Assembly: GCA_963732385.1 (NCBI GenBank) | Contig: CAVSZB010000005.1 | Location: forward strand, 1 to 64,000 | Reading direction: 5' to 3' | DNA length: 64,000 nt | From: an uncultured bacterium | GTDB taxonomy: Bacteria; Krumholzibacteriota; Krumholzibacteriia; LZORAL124-64-63 | Made by a program: the position numbers and the translations under genes | The notes under the pieces: model-generated | Databases searched by the model: none | What the model saw: only the letters and a program-made list of their open reading frames with translations | What the model was told of the DNA's origin: nothing | Part shown: positions 1 to 9,595 of the stretch, in pieces | How the letters are laid out: each line of letters starts with the position of its first letter | How positions within the stretch are numbered: position 1 is the stretch's first letter

Positions 1-1122
1 CGGCCAGGCCCCGGACCAGGCCCCCGCCCTCCTCAGCAACTCGGCCCCGATGCGCGCCGCGGCCTGACCATCGCCATAGGGATTCACGGCCCTGGCCATC
101 GCCGCGTACGCCGCTTCGTCGTCGAGCAAACGCTCCGTCTCCCGCACGATACACGCTTCGTCCGTGCCGACCAGCCGCGCCACGCCGGCGACGATCGCTT
201 CCGGGCGCTCGGTGCAATCGCGCAGGACCAACACCGGCTTGCCCAGACTGGGCGCCTCCTCCTGGATGCCCCCCGAGTCGGTGAGAATAAGCGCGCTCTC
301 CTCCATCGCCCACACGAACGACCGGTAATCGAGCGGCTCCGTCAACGTGACGTTGGTCAGCCCGGACAGTGCGTCGATCGCGACCGCGCGGACATTCGGA
401 TTCGGATGCAGGGAATAGACGAGATGGACATCGGGCCGCGCGGCCAGACGCCTCAGCGCGGCGCAGATCGACCGCAGGCCGACGCCGAAGCTCTCGCGCC
501 GGTGCGCCGTCACCAGGATTCCGCGGCGGTCCGCCGGAAACAGCCGCGGCAGCGCCGCCGGTCGCGGCTGGGACAGGACCATCTGCAGGGCATCGATGGC
601 GGTGTTGCCGGTCACCCGGATGTCCTCGCGCCGGACGTTCTCGCGAAGCAGATTGTCGCGCCCGGCGGGGGTCGGGGCGAAGTGCAGGGTCGCCAGCGCA
701 CCGGTCAGCCGCCGGTTCATCTCCTCGGGGTAGGGGCTGTGCGGATCCCCGGTGCGCAGGCCGGCCTCCACATGCCCGACCGGCACGCGACCGTAGAAAG
801 CCGCCAGCGCCGCAGCGAAGGTCGTGGTCGTGTCGCCCTGCACCAGGACCCAGTCCGGCGCGATCCGGTCAAGAAAAGCCTGCACCCCCTCCACCGCGCG
901 GGCGGTAACGCGGGCCAGGCCCTGGCCGGGAGTCATGATGTCGAGGTCGTGCGCGATCCGGATGCCGAAGTGGGCCACGACCTGATCGAGCATGGCGCGG
1001 TGCTGGGCCGTGGCGCAGGTGTAAACCGAGAACACCTCGGGGTGGTCCTCCAGCATGCGGACCACGGGGGCCATCTTGATGGCCTCCGGCCGCGTGCCGA
1101 TGATGACGACAATCTTCAACAT
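1..1122 (-). CDS. wecB: UDP-N-acetylglucosamine 2-epimerase (non-hydrolysing), 3' end beyond window
   Basis: Manual translation from ATG at 1122: MLKIVVIIGTRPEAIKMAPV...VLVQGDTTT...GHVEAGLRT...SPYPEEMNR...TDSGGIQEEAPSLGKPVLVLRDCTERPE; not in the ORF track because it is truncated. Confidence 0.95.
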   Translation of the reverse strand, partial: MLKIVVIIGTRPEAIKMAPVVRMLEDHPEVFSVYTCATAQHRAMLDQVVAHFGIRIAHDLDIMTPGQGLARVTARAVEGVQAFLDRIAPDWVLVQGDTTTTFAAALAAFYGRVPVGHVEAGLRTGDPHSPYPEEMNRRLTGALATLHFAPTPAGRDNLLRENVRREDIRVTGNTAIDALQMVLSQPRPAALPRLFPADRRGILVTAHRRESFGVGLRSICAALRRLAARPDVHLVYSLHPNPNVRAVAIDALSGLTNVTLTEPLDYRSFVWAMEESALILTDSGGIQEEAPSLGKPVLVLRDCTERPEAIVAGVARLVGTDEACIVRETERLLDDEAAYAAMARAVNPYGDGQAAARIGAELLRRAGAWSGAWP

Positions 1123-1228
1123 TCCCGGCCTGCTTCTCCGTCCAATAGGGGCCCACTCCATGCCCCCCCCGCAAACTCCTGTTGATTCTGCCTCAAGATG
1201 CCTGTGATATCGAGCGATAGCTCAGGGA

Positions 1229-2128
1229 TTGACCGTGCGCCCGCGGGAAGGGCGCCCGTCCGCGCGGAGCGTGATGTCGCAGACCCTGCACTTCGGACCG
1301 GTGGCGCTGGCCTGGCGTTTCGATGCGGACGACCCGCGTTGGCGCCCGTTCCAGGCCGCCTACGCCCCCTGGCTCGACGCGGCGCCCGGCGATCTGGTCG
1401 TCGAAGCCGCGCTGGCCGGGGATCTCGACGACGAGCCCCCGGCGCCCCGCCTCCCCTCCTCGCTCTACCGCGCCCGGCGGGTCAGCGGGCGGGACTTCGA
1501 CCTGGGCGACGGGCTGGTGCGCGGCACGCTCGTGCGCACCGACCTGTGCCGCTGCGTGATCCATCCGATCCTGCTGCGCGGCGTCGGTCTGCGGGTGCTG
1601 GAGCAGTTCTTCTACCTGCTGTTCTACCAGACGGCCCTGGCGGCCGCGGACGCGGAGGCGCTCGCGCCGTTTTTGCTGCACGGCTCGGCGGTGCTGTCCC
1701 CCCGCGGCGCGCACGTGTTCTGCGGGCCGTCCGAGAGCGGCAAATCGACCGCCGCCGGTCACCAATGCGCCCACACGGTGCTGACCGACGAGTGCGTGGT
1801 CTTCTCGCCGGGCGCCGGCGGAATGCGCGCCGCCGGCAGCCCGGTCAACCCGTTCTGCGTCGCGCGGCGTCCCGGCGCCGGTCCGCTCGCCGGCCTCTAC
1901 CTGATCGAGAAGGCGCCGGCGCACGCTCTCCAGCCGATCGGGCGCGCGGAGGCGGTGCCGCGGATCACGGCGGAGATCATGCTGCCGCTCGGTTTGCTCG
2001 AAACCAGCCTGGCGCGCGGCATGGCCCGCGCCCTGGACCGAGCCCTGCTATTGTACGCCGGCGGCGTGGTGCGCAGACTGTGCCTGCTGCCCGACCCCGG
2101 TTTCTGGCCCCTGATCGAGCCGGCCTGA
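1229..2128 (+). CDS. HPr kinase-related P-loop kinase (RiPP-associated type)
   Basis: LLHGSAV...VFCGPSESGKST...LTDECV...GSP motif order typical of HprK-like proteins; start uncertain (later GTG/ATG at ~1271-1274). Confidence 0.75.
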   Translation: MTVRPREGRPSARSVMSQTLHFGPVALAWRFDADDPRWRPFQAAYAPWLDAAPGDLVVEAALAGDLDDEPPAPRLPSSLYRARRVSGRDFDLGDGLVRGTLVRTDLCRCVIHPILLRGVGLRVLEQFFYLLFYQTALAAADAEALAPFLLHGSAVLSPRGAHVFCGPSESGKSTAAGHQCAHTVLTDECVVFSPGAGGMRAAGSPVNPFCVARRPGAGPLAGLYLIEKAPAHALQPIGRAEAVPRITAEIMLPLGLLETSLARGMARALDRALLLYAGGVVRRLCLLPDPGFWPLIEPA

Positions 2129-2149
2129 GCCTGTCGCCGCCTGGAGAGG

Positions 2150-3979
2150 ATGCCCGTGTCGACGTCCACCACCGCCGCCCCTTCCGGAGCCAGCGCCCAC
2201 TCCAGCGCATCAACCGTCCGCACCGGGCTGCGCACGCTCGGGCCGTACATCGGGCGGCTGCGCCACCACCGGCGCGAGGTGGCGCTCGTCCACCTGGTGA
2301 TGCTCGCCTCGACCGCGTTCAGCCTGGCCATCCCCCTGCAGGCGGGGCGCTTCGTGGACGTGCTCGCGGGACGCTTCCCGCCCGACGCGCGCCTGTCCAC
2401 GCTGGTCATCGTCTGCGCCCTGCTTGCCGCGCAGCTCGCCGGCACGTTCATCTCCACGATCGTGGCCGAGCGGCTCCACCTCGACTACATCTCCCGGCTG
2501 CGCAAACGGCTCTTCGCGCATCTGCTGGAACTGCCGAGCCTCTACTACGGCGACCAGCAGGGGGGCGATCTCTCCACGCGGGTCACATCAGACGTGGGGA
2601 GCGTCACCTACATCGCCACCAGCGGCATGGTCACCCTCGCCCGCGCCGCGATCACCCTGATCGGCGCGGTCTGGCTGATGCTGCGCCTCGATGCCGGCCT
2701 GACGCTCGTCATCGTGTCGGTGGTGCCGGCGACCATGCTCCTCGTGCACTCGTTCGGCCACCGTCTCCACCGGCTCTCACGCCGGATGTACGAGGAGCTC
2801 GGCCGGATCAGCAATCACGTGCAGGAGGTGTCGGGCGCGATCCGGGTCATCAAGAGCTACAACAGCCAGGCCCACGAGGCGTCGCGCTTCGACCGTCTGG
2901 TGGACAGCTACCGTCAGGCGGGGCTGCGGCGCGCCATCCTGTCGGCAGCCCTCGAATCAGCCTCGCAGGTACTCCTGTGGATCGCGCTGATCGTGGTGGT
3001 GGTGTACGGCTTCGCGCAGATGACGCGCGGCGTGACGACCCAGGGCGAGTTGGTGGCGTTCTTCCTGCTGGCGTACCGCGTGGCGATGCCGGTGTCGGCC
3101 CTGACCTCGCTCTACGCCTCCGCGCAGGGAGCGGTGGCGGCGGCCGGACGGCTCGACGGCATCCTGGCCGTGCCGGCCGAGCAGCGCCGCGCCGGTTCGC
3201 CCCGCCCGCAGTTCGCCTGTCGCGGGGAACTGGCTCTCGATCAGGTCTCCTTCGCCTACGGCGAGCGGCCGGTCCTGCACGACATCAGCACCCGCATCGC
3301 GGCCGGCGAGTGGATCGGCGTGGTCGGCCCTTCGGGCGCCGGCAAGACCACCCTCACCGGCCTGCTGTTGCGGCTGTTCGATCCCTCCGCGGGATGCCTG
3401 CTGCTCGACGGGCGCCCCTTCGACACCTACGACCTGACCGACCTGCGCGGGCAGATCGCCTACGTTTCGCAGGATCCGGTGCTCTACGACCTGTCGATCG
3501 GCGACAACATCCGCTTCGGCCTCGTCGACGCCACCGACGAAGAGGTGCGTCTGGCCGCGCAGCGCGCGCACGCCCTGGAGTTCATCGAGCAGCTGCCGGA
3601 ACGGTTCGACACCCGCTGCGGCGAACGGGGACAGCGGCTCAGCGGCGGCGAGCGCCAGCGCATCACCCTGGCCCGCGCCTTCCTGCGCAATCCGCGCATC
3701 CTCATCCTCGACGAACCGACCTCCGCGCTCGACGCGCGCGCCGAGGACGCCGTGCACGCGGCGCTGCAGGCCCTGATGGCGGGGCGCACCGCAATCGTGA
3801 TCGCGCACCGCCTTTCGACCGTGCGCGACCTCGACCGGCTGCTGGTCCTGTCGCAAGGCTGTCTCGTGGAGGAGGGGAGCCACGCCGAGCTGCTCGCGCG
3901 TGACGGGCTCTACGCCGATCTGTACCGCATCCAGCACGGGCGCGACGCCGCGCCTGGCCCCCGGGCGAACGGACAGTGA
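2150..3979 (+). CDS. ABC exporter, fused permease/ATP-binding protein
   Basis: N-terminal TM helices; GPSGAGKT, LSGGERQR, ILILDEPTSALD, IAHRLST; no C39 peptidase domain. Confidence 0.95.
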   Translation: MPVSTSTTAAPSGASAHSSASTVRTGLRTLGPYIGRLRHHRREVALVHLVMLASTAFSLAIPLQAGRFVDVLAGRFPPDARLSTLVIVCALLAAQLAGTFISTIVAERLHLDYISRLRKRLFAHLLELPSLYYGDQQGGDLSTRVTSDVGSVTYIATSGMVTLARAAITLIGAVWLMLRLDAGLTLVIVSVVPATMLLVHSFGHRLHRLSRRMYEELGRISNHVQEVSGAIRVIKSYNSQAHEASRFDRLVDSYRQAGLRRAILSAALESASQVLLWIALIVVVVYGFAQMTRGVTTQGELVAFFLLAYRVAMPVSALTSLYASAQGAVAAAGRLDGILAVPAEQRRAGSPRPQFACRGELALDQVSFAYGERPVLHDISTRIAAGEWIGVVGPSGAGKTTLTGLLLRLFDPSAGCLLLDGRPFDTYDLTDLRGQIAYVSQDPVLYDLSIGDNIRFGLVDATDEEVRLAAQRAHALEFIEQLPERFDTRCGERGQRLSGGERQRITLARAFLRNPRILILDEPTSALDARAEDAVHAALQALMAGRTAIVIAHRLSTVRDLDRLLVLSQGCLVEEGSHAELLARDGLYADLYRIQHGRDAAPGPRANGQ

Positions 3980-5203
3980 CGGCCATGCGCCTGCGCCGCA
4001 TCCCCCCGCTTGACGCCGCCGAACGCTACTTCCTGGCGCTGCTGGCAGAGCCCCACCCCCCCCTGCCTCCGGCGGCCGACGAGACGTTCTGGGCCCGCGT
4101 GCTCGACCTGGCCGCGCGGCACCGGCTGGGCGAGTTCCTGCACGTGCGTCGCGCGGCGACATTGCGGGCGGACTGGCCCGCCGCGGCCCGCGCAAAGGCG
4201 CGCCGCTGGTACGTCGAGAACTCACTGCGCAACACCCGCTTCCACACCGAGTTGACGCGGGTGGCCGCGGCGCTGCGCGGGGACGGTCTCGCGCCGGTGC
4301 TGCTCAAGGGGGGCGCGCTGCTGCTGACCGTGTACAACGATCCCGCCGAGCGGCCGTTCGGCGACATGGATCTGCTGGTGCGGCCTGAAGAACTCGAGGC
4401 CGCCGCCGCGATCATGCGGCGACTCGACTACCGGCTGGACGAAGCGTATCAGCCGGAATCGTTCTACCGCGCTCACCACTATCACCTCATCTTCCGGCAC
4501 GCCGCGCGCCCCTGGCTCTGCTTCGAAATCCACTGGGACCTCTCCCTGCCGGTCATGGATGTGACGTTCAACGCCGACGGCCTGCGCCGGCGGGCGGTCC
4601 TCGCCGGGCGCGACGATCTGGAGATCCTCGTCCCGTCGCCGGGCGACGCGCTTCTTTTGCTGGCCCTGCACGCCGGGCTGAACGGTTTCGCCAGACTCGG
4701 CCTGATCCGCGACGTGGCCACCCTCGCCGACACCGATCCGGCCAGGCTCGCGGCCGGCGACCTCTGGCGCGCGGCGCAGATCGGCCGGCTCGCGGTGCCG
4801 TTGGCAACCAGCCTCAACCTCGCGCGGCTCTTCGGCGGGGAGGGGGCGGATCGCCTGCTCGCCGCCCGGCCCCGACCGTGGCACGGCAAGCTATTGCGGC
4901 GGATCCTGCAGACCCGAAATCGTCCTGCGACAGAGTCTGGTGCACTCCTCCGCCGGTGGGAATGCGGCGACGCTGCTGCGCCGGGACGACTGGTCCGGCC
5001 GGCTGGCGCAGCTGCGCCGGATGGTCTGGCCCGACGCCGGGACTCTTGGCATGGCCGGCCACCAGGTCCAGGGACCGGGCGGACTCACCCTCTGGGCCGG
5101 AGGGCGCTATGGGCCGGGCGCACCGCTGCGTTCGGTCATCTGGACCGCGCTGACTTTGACCGGCAGGGAACTGGATCGGGGGGAACACGGCCGGCCGGAA
5201 TGA
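3976..5203 (+). CDS. Nucleotidyltransferase family protein (NTP_transf_5-like), apparent +1 frameshift near 4905-4915
   Basis: VLLKGGAL...RPFGDMDLLV...HYHL...FEIHWDL; protein-like sequence continues in the +1 frame (PEIVLRQSLVHSS...) to the stop at 5203. Confidence 0.8.
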
Positions 5204-5231
5204 TGAGTAAAAATATCCACTGCCCCCCCCC

Positions 5232-5261
5232 TTGACGGTTCTGGGGATTGGGTTATATAAT
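5232..5261 (+). promoter_or_regulatory. sigma70-type promoter for small peptide gene
   Basis: TTGACG (5232-5237), 18 bp, TATAAT (5256-5261) in AT-rich intergenic DNA; GAGGA RBS before ATG 5321. Confidence 0.7.
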
Positions 5262-5320
5262 GATCCTTAGTATGTGAAGTTGGGTGCATTTCAACCCAGA
5301 GCATAATGCGAGGATAAATC

Positions 5321-5524
5321 ATGAATATCAGCGGCAGCGGGCAGGACAGCGGCCTGAAAAAGCCCTACCGCAAGCCCACTGTGGACTCACGAAAATTAAA
5401 GCCGGGCGTCTATGGAGACTACAGCCTCGACCAGAAAATCGGTGGCAGTAACAGTAACGGGCCGGGAAGCGACCAGGGTCGCCCCAGTATCTCCGGTCGC
5501 GGCGACAGCGTGCACCGCTTCTAG
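5321..5524 (+). CDS. Putative RiPP precursor peptide (67 aa)
   Basis: KKPYRKPTV resembles the YxxPxL RRE-recognition leader motif; Gly/Ser/Asp-rich C-terminal half; own promoter and RBS; directly upstream of PqqD gene. Confidence 0.75.
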   Translation: MNISGSGQDSGLKKPYRKPTVDSRKLKPGVYGDYSLDQKIGGSNSNGPGSDQGRPSISGRGDSVHRF

Positions 5525-5550
5525 ACTGCATCGTTTGACGGGACACGTGG

Positions 5551-5590
5551 AATCCTGCCGGTCTCTTTAGGGCTGGCAGGATTTCTTGTT
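5551..5590 (+). terminator. Stem-loop after precursor gene
   Basis: AATCCTGCCGGTC-loop-GGCTGGCAGGATT followed by TCTTGTT. Confidence 0.55.
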
Positions 5591-5622
5591 GCACACGGGA
5601 TTCGCGAACCGGGAGGCGGGTC

Positions 5623-5904
5623 ATGGATCGATGGGGGCCGCAGACCATTCCCAGACGCAACAATGAGGCGGTCTGGCGCGAGGTCGAGGACGAGATTTTC
5701 GTCTGTGCGCCGGACGGCGAGAGCATGCACACGCTGCGCGAAGTGGCGGCCGACATCTGGCGGGCCTGCGACGGCACGAACAGCGTGACCGACATCAACG
5801 CCCTGCTGCTCGAAGCCTACGAGGTCGAGCCGGACGTGCTGAGCGCCGATCTCGAAGCCTGCCTGGGTGACCTGGCGGCGCGCGACCTGCTGCGCGGTCT
5901 TTAA
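5623..5904 (+). CDS. PqqD-family RiPP recognition element (stand-alone RRE)
   Basis: 93 aa: WREVEDEIFV...HTLREVAADIWRACDGTNSVTDINALLLEAYEVEPDVLSADLEACLGDL. Confidence 0.88.
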   Translation: MDRWGPQTIPRRNNEAVWREVEDEIFVCAPDGESMHTLREVAADIWRACDGTNSVTDINALLLEAYEVEPDVLSADLEACLGDLAARDLLRGL

Positions 5905-5970
5905 TCTTGAGACAGCCTCTCGTATCCTGACCACCGTGGCGACCACTGAAATAGCCCCCCCGGGGCGAAC

Positions 5971-6744
5971 ATGACTGAGACGTCCGCACCCCGCCCGGCT
6001 CGCTCTATTCCGGCCCAGCCGCGCTCAGGGGAGCTGCCCGTGGCCCACACCCGACCTGCCGGCCTGACCGACCGCGGTCTGGCCCGCGCCAACAACGAAG
6101 ATGCCTTCTTCGTCGATCCTCAGGGCCGCCTTTTCGTGATCGCCGACGGGCTGGGCGGCCACGCCGCCGGCGAGGTAGCATCGGGCCTGGTGGTCGACAC
6201 GCTGGCCGCCGCCGCGCCCGGCGCGGCGGCCTGGTCCGACCCCGCGCAGGAACTGGGCGCCATCCTGGCCCGGGCCGACGCCGCCGTGCGCGAACAGGCC
6301 CGCGACGCGCTCACCGGCATGGGCGCAACCGTCGTGGCGATTCACCTCGACCCCACCGTGGCCGCCGTCACCGTCGCGCACGCCGGAGACAGCCGGGCCT
6401 ACCGCCTGCGCGCAACCGCCCTGTCGCGTCTCACGCGCGATCACACCCCGGAGGCCGAAATCGGCTACCGCCCGGACGGCCGCCGCAGCAACATCATCAC
6501 CCGCGCCATCGGCATCGGCGACGGCCGGACCGCAATCGACTTCAGCCGCACCGACCTCCACCCCGGCGACCTTTACCTGCTCTGCAGCGACGGTCTCACC
6601 GACATGGTCCCCGACCCCGGCATCGCCGCCATCCTCGCCCTCGACGCTCCCCCCGCCGACACCTGCCGCGCCCTGGTCGACGCGGCGCTGGCCGCGGGCG
6701 GGCGGGATAACGTCACCGTGGTGGTCGTGAAGATCCCGGCCTGA
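5971..6744 (+). CDS. PP2C-family Ser/Thr protein phosphatase
   Basis: RANNED, IADGLGGHAAGEVAS, HAGDSRAY, LCSDGLTD, GGRDNVT. Confidence 0.93.
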   Translation: MTETSAPRPARSIPAQPRSGELPVAHTRPAGLTDRGLARANNEDAFFVDPQGRLFVIADGLGGHAAGEVASGLVVDTLAAAAPGAAAWSDPAQELGAILARADAAVREQARDALTGMGATVVAIHLDPTVAAVTVAHAGDSRAYRLRATALSRLTRDHTPEAEIGYRPDGRRSNIITRAIGIGDGRTAIDFSRTDLHPGDLYLLCSDGLTDMVPDPGIAAILALDAPPADTCRALVDAALAAGGRDNVTVVVVKIPA

Positions 6745-6763
6745 GCCCGCGCGCGGCACGGCG

Positions 6764-7264
6764 CTACTGGTGAACCTTGAAATCGAATCCCCACGTGATG
6801 GCGACTCCGACGAAGCTCCCGTGCTCCGTCCAGGAGCCGTGGGCAAGAACACCCAACCGGGACCATGAGCTCTGGGACAGCCAGCCTCCGACCTGAACAG
6901 CCGGCCCCGTCGCCGCCCACGACTCCTCCACCGGCGACATGAAGCCATCGGACTTCACGCCCGACAGTCGGGCCACTCCTACCCCGCAGCGCAGCCCACC
7001 CCGATTCCCGTTCCGCCCGTACCCCGCCAGAGCCGCGTATTCCTCCCGCGTGGAGCCGAAAAGGCCGCCGCCGATGGCCGAGCCCCCGATCCAGAATGGC
7101 CCCCTCGACAGCCCGGCAATGACAGGCACCGAGAACCGGACATTGCTGACGCCGAACCCCATAGAGGCGAAGAGACGCGTAGCCTGAGGATCTGCACGCG
7201 CAAGCGACGGACAGGATACCCCCATCGCGAGAAGGGCCAGCAGAGCGAGAGTCCGCGTGATCAT
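6764..7264 (-). CDS. Hypothetical exported protein (beta-strand rich, possibly outer membrane)
   Basis: Signal-peptide-like MITRTLALLALLAMG; Gly/aromatic alternating pattern; real start likely 7264 within the longer ORF. Confidence 0.5.
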   Translation of the reverse strand: MITRTLALLALLAMGVSCPSLARADPQATRLFASMGFGVSNVRFSVPVIAGLSRGPFWIGGSAIGGGLFGSTREEYAALAGYGRNGNRGGLRCGVGVARLSGVKSDGFMSPVEESWAATGPAVQVGGWLSQSSWSRLGVLAHGSWTEHGSFVGVAITWGFDFKVHQ

Positions 7265-7284
7265 GAACGGGCTCACTTTGCGGT

Positions 7285-8076
7285 TCACGATCCGGGCTCG
7301 TCCGCGCGCGCGTTCCTGTCGTTGACCGTACCACTCTTCCTGGCGACGGCGAGGCAGGCGGTCGCCAGTACCGGCAGGGACGTGCGGTCCCGGCCGAAGA
7401 CCAGCCGGCGCAGGAGGCGCTGCAGCGGCGCCCAGCGGACGACATCCATGGGGGCGGTGACGTAGGATTCCTGCCGGATCTCGAAGCCGGCAGCCTCCAG
7501 CAACCTGCGTAATTCGCGTCGCCGGTAGATCCGGGCGCGCGCGAAGCGGTCGTGCAGACGCTTCGGCAGCCAGCTGAAGAGCGGGACCCGGTTCCAGCGC
7601 AGCAGCGGCAGGTCGGCGCCATGCGTCTCGAAGATCCACCAGCGGTTGGGCACGGAGATCGCGAGTACGCCTCCCGGCCTGAGGATCCTGTGCAGTTCAG
7701 CGAGCGCCAGGTGTTCGTTCATGACGTGTTCAAGGACTTCAAAGCTGATCACGAAGTCCACGCTCGCCGTCCGGACCGGCAGTTCGCCGCCATCGAAGCA
7801 GACGGGCCAGGCGCGCGGGACGATCGACCGCCGCGCCTGGTCGGTCGCAAGCTCGCCAAGGTAGCGACGATCGATATCCAGTCCGAGAACCGTGTCGAAA
7901 TGAGGCGAGAAGCAGAACGTCTGCGCGCCATTGCCACAGCCGAAGTCGAGCAGCACGCCACCGCTCCCGGGCAGATGCGGCTGCACGATCCGGTAGCGCC
8001 GGGCGAGCAGAAGATCATCCTGCTGCGCGGGGCGCCCGGCGGCAAGGTTGGGCAGAACCGCGTGGTCGGTCATCAT
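7285..8076 (-). CDS. Class I SAM-dependent methyltransferase
   Basis: LLDFGCGNG, SFEVLEHV, LRPGGVL. Confidence 0.9.
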   Translation of the reverse strand: MMTDHAVLPNLAAGRPAQQDDLLLARRYRIVQPHLPGSGGVLLDFGCGNGAQTFCFSPHFDTVLGLDIDRRYLGELATDQARRSIVPRAWPVCFDGGELPVRTASVDFVISFEVLEHVMNEHLALAELHRILRPGGVLAISVPNRWWIFETHGADLPLLRWNRVPLFSWLPKRLHDRFARARIYRRRELRRLLEAAGFEIRQESYVTAPMDVVRWAPLQRLLRRLVFGRDRTSLPVLATACLAVARKSGTVNDRNARADEPGS

Positions 8077-8122
8077 GCGCGCATAGTGGACGATCTCGCG
8101 TCTGCCCACAAGCGCGAGGGCA

Positions 8123-9595
8123 TCAGCGGGGGTCCTCCGGCCGGACTGCCGCCGCGACCACTGCTTCGACGACGGCGTACGCCTCCTTCGCGCAGTGATT
8201 CACCGAGATGCCGTAGAGCGAGTTGCCGGTCAGGTGCAGGCCGGGTAGCGCGGCGAGGCGCTGCGTCACGTCGGCGAGGCGCTCGCGGTGACCGACGGCG
8301 TACTGCGGGATCCCCTCGCGATAGCGGAACAGGCGGACCAGTTCCGGAGCGGTGCGCGGAGCCATCGTGCGGGCGAGGTCGGCGAGGGCGATCGCCTGCA
8401 CCTCGGCATCGGAGAGACCGGCCACGCCGGGATCGCGGGCGCCGCCGATCATCACCCGCAGCAGGACCTTGCCGGGGGGGGCCTGGAACGGGAAGAAGCT
8501 GGAGGTCCAGAGGACGCCGAGCGAGCGCACCTTTTCCTTGCGCGGAATCAGGAAGCCGAAGCCGTCGACGGGGCGGGCGAAGGCAGCGGCGTCATAGCCC
8601 AAGGAGACCACCGCGATCGGGGCCGGCTTCACCTCGCGCAGCGGGGCGGCCAGAGCCGGATCCCAGGCCGCGAGGATCTGCGCCGTCTCGCGCGCCGGGC
8701 AGGCGAACACGACCTGCGCGGCGGTCAGCGCCCCGGTCGCGACCGGCAGCGGGGCGCGGCCCGGCGTGGTGTCGCGCGTGCCGACCGGCGCGACCTCCCC
8801 CTCGGCGAACTCCACGCGCCAGCCGCCGGCGGGGTCGGGGCGCACCGCGGTCACGCGGCAGCCGGGGCGCAGGCGCGCGCCGCACGCCGCGGCCAGACGA
8901 GCGGTCAGTTCGCCGATGCCGCCGGCGAAAGTGTGCAGGACGCCGCCCGGTCCCGCCGGACCGGCGCCGCCGCCGGCGCGCTTGCGCGCGATCATCCCCC
9001 GGACCAGCGAGCCGTGCTCGCGCTCGAGCGCCGCCATCTTCGGGAGTGCGCCGTGCAGCGAGAGGCGCTCCACGTCGCCGGCGTAGACGCCACTGATCAT
9101 CGGGTCGAGCAGATTGGTCACGAACTCCGGGCCGACGCGGCGGCGGGCGAACGAGGCCACCGACTCGTCGCGGCCGTCGCGGCGCGGCGGCACCAACGGC
9201 TCGATCGCCAGGCGCAGCAGGCCGCGCCAGCTCAGCAGGCCGCTGCGCAGGAACGGGCCCGGCTTCGCCGCGATCGGCCGCAGCCGGCCGCCAAGGAAGA
9301 GGTAGCGGCTGGCGGCGGCGTCGCTGGCGCGGCGCAGGCGGTCGCGCAGACCGAGCTCATCGACCAGGCGCAGCGTGGCCGGCTCGTTGTCGAGGAACCC
9401 GTTGGGCCCCCAGTCGAGGAGGTACCCGTCCACGTTCTCGGTGACGCAGAAGCCGCCGAAGCGGGGCGCCGCCTCGAGCACCGTGATGTCGTCGGGGGTC
9501 CAGCCCGGGAGTTCGCCGGCGTCGATCCGCCGGCGGACCTGGAACGCCGTCGCCAGTCCCGCCACGCCGCCGCCGATGATCACCAGCCGCGTCAT
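8123..9595 (-). CDS. hemY: Protoporphyrinogen oxidase (HemY type)
   Basis: IIGGGVAGL FAD motif, WGPNGFL, SGVYAGD, GIPQY; last hem gene of the operon. Confidence 0.9.
   Translation of the reverse strand: MTRLVIIGGGVAGLATAFQVRRRIDAGELPGWTPDDITVLEAAPRFGGFCVTENVDGYLLDWGPNGFLDNEPATLRLVDELGLRDRLRRASDAAASRYLFLGGRLRPIAAKPGPFLRSGLLSWRGLLRLAIEPLVPPRRDGRDESVASFARRRVGPEFVTNLLDPMISGVYAGDVERLSLHGALPKMAALEREHGSLVRGMIARKRAGGGAGPAGPGGVLHTFAGGIGELTARLAAACGARLRPGCRVTAVRPDPAGGWRVEFAEGEVAPVGTRDTTPGRAPLPVATGALTAAQVVFACPARETAQILAAWDPALAAPLREVKPAPIAVVSLGYDAAAFARPVDGFGFLIPRKEKVRSLGVLWTSSFFPFQAPPGKVLLRVMIGGARDPGVAGLSDAEVQAIALADLARTMAPRTAPELVRLFRYREGIPQYAVGHRERLADVTQRLAALPGLHLTGNSLYGISVNHCAKEAYAVVEAVVAAAVRPEDPR

Noticed and set aside
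5321..5524. Calling the peptide a lasso peptide
   Set aside because: No cyclase or B2 protease in the window and no canonical Thr(-2)/Gly1 site
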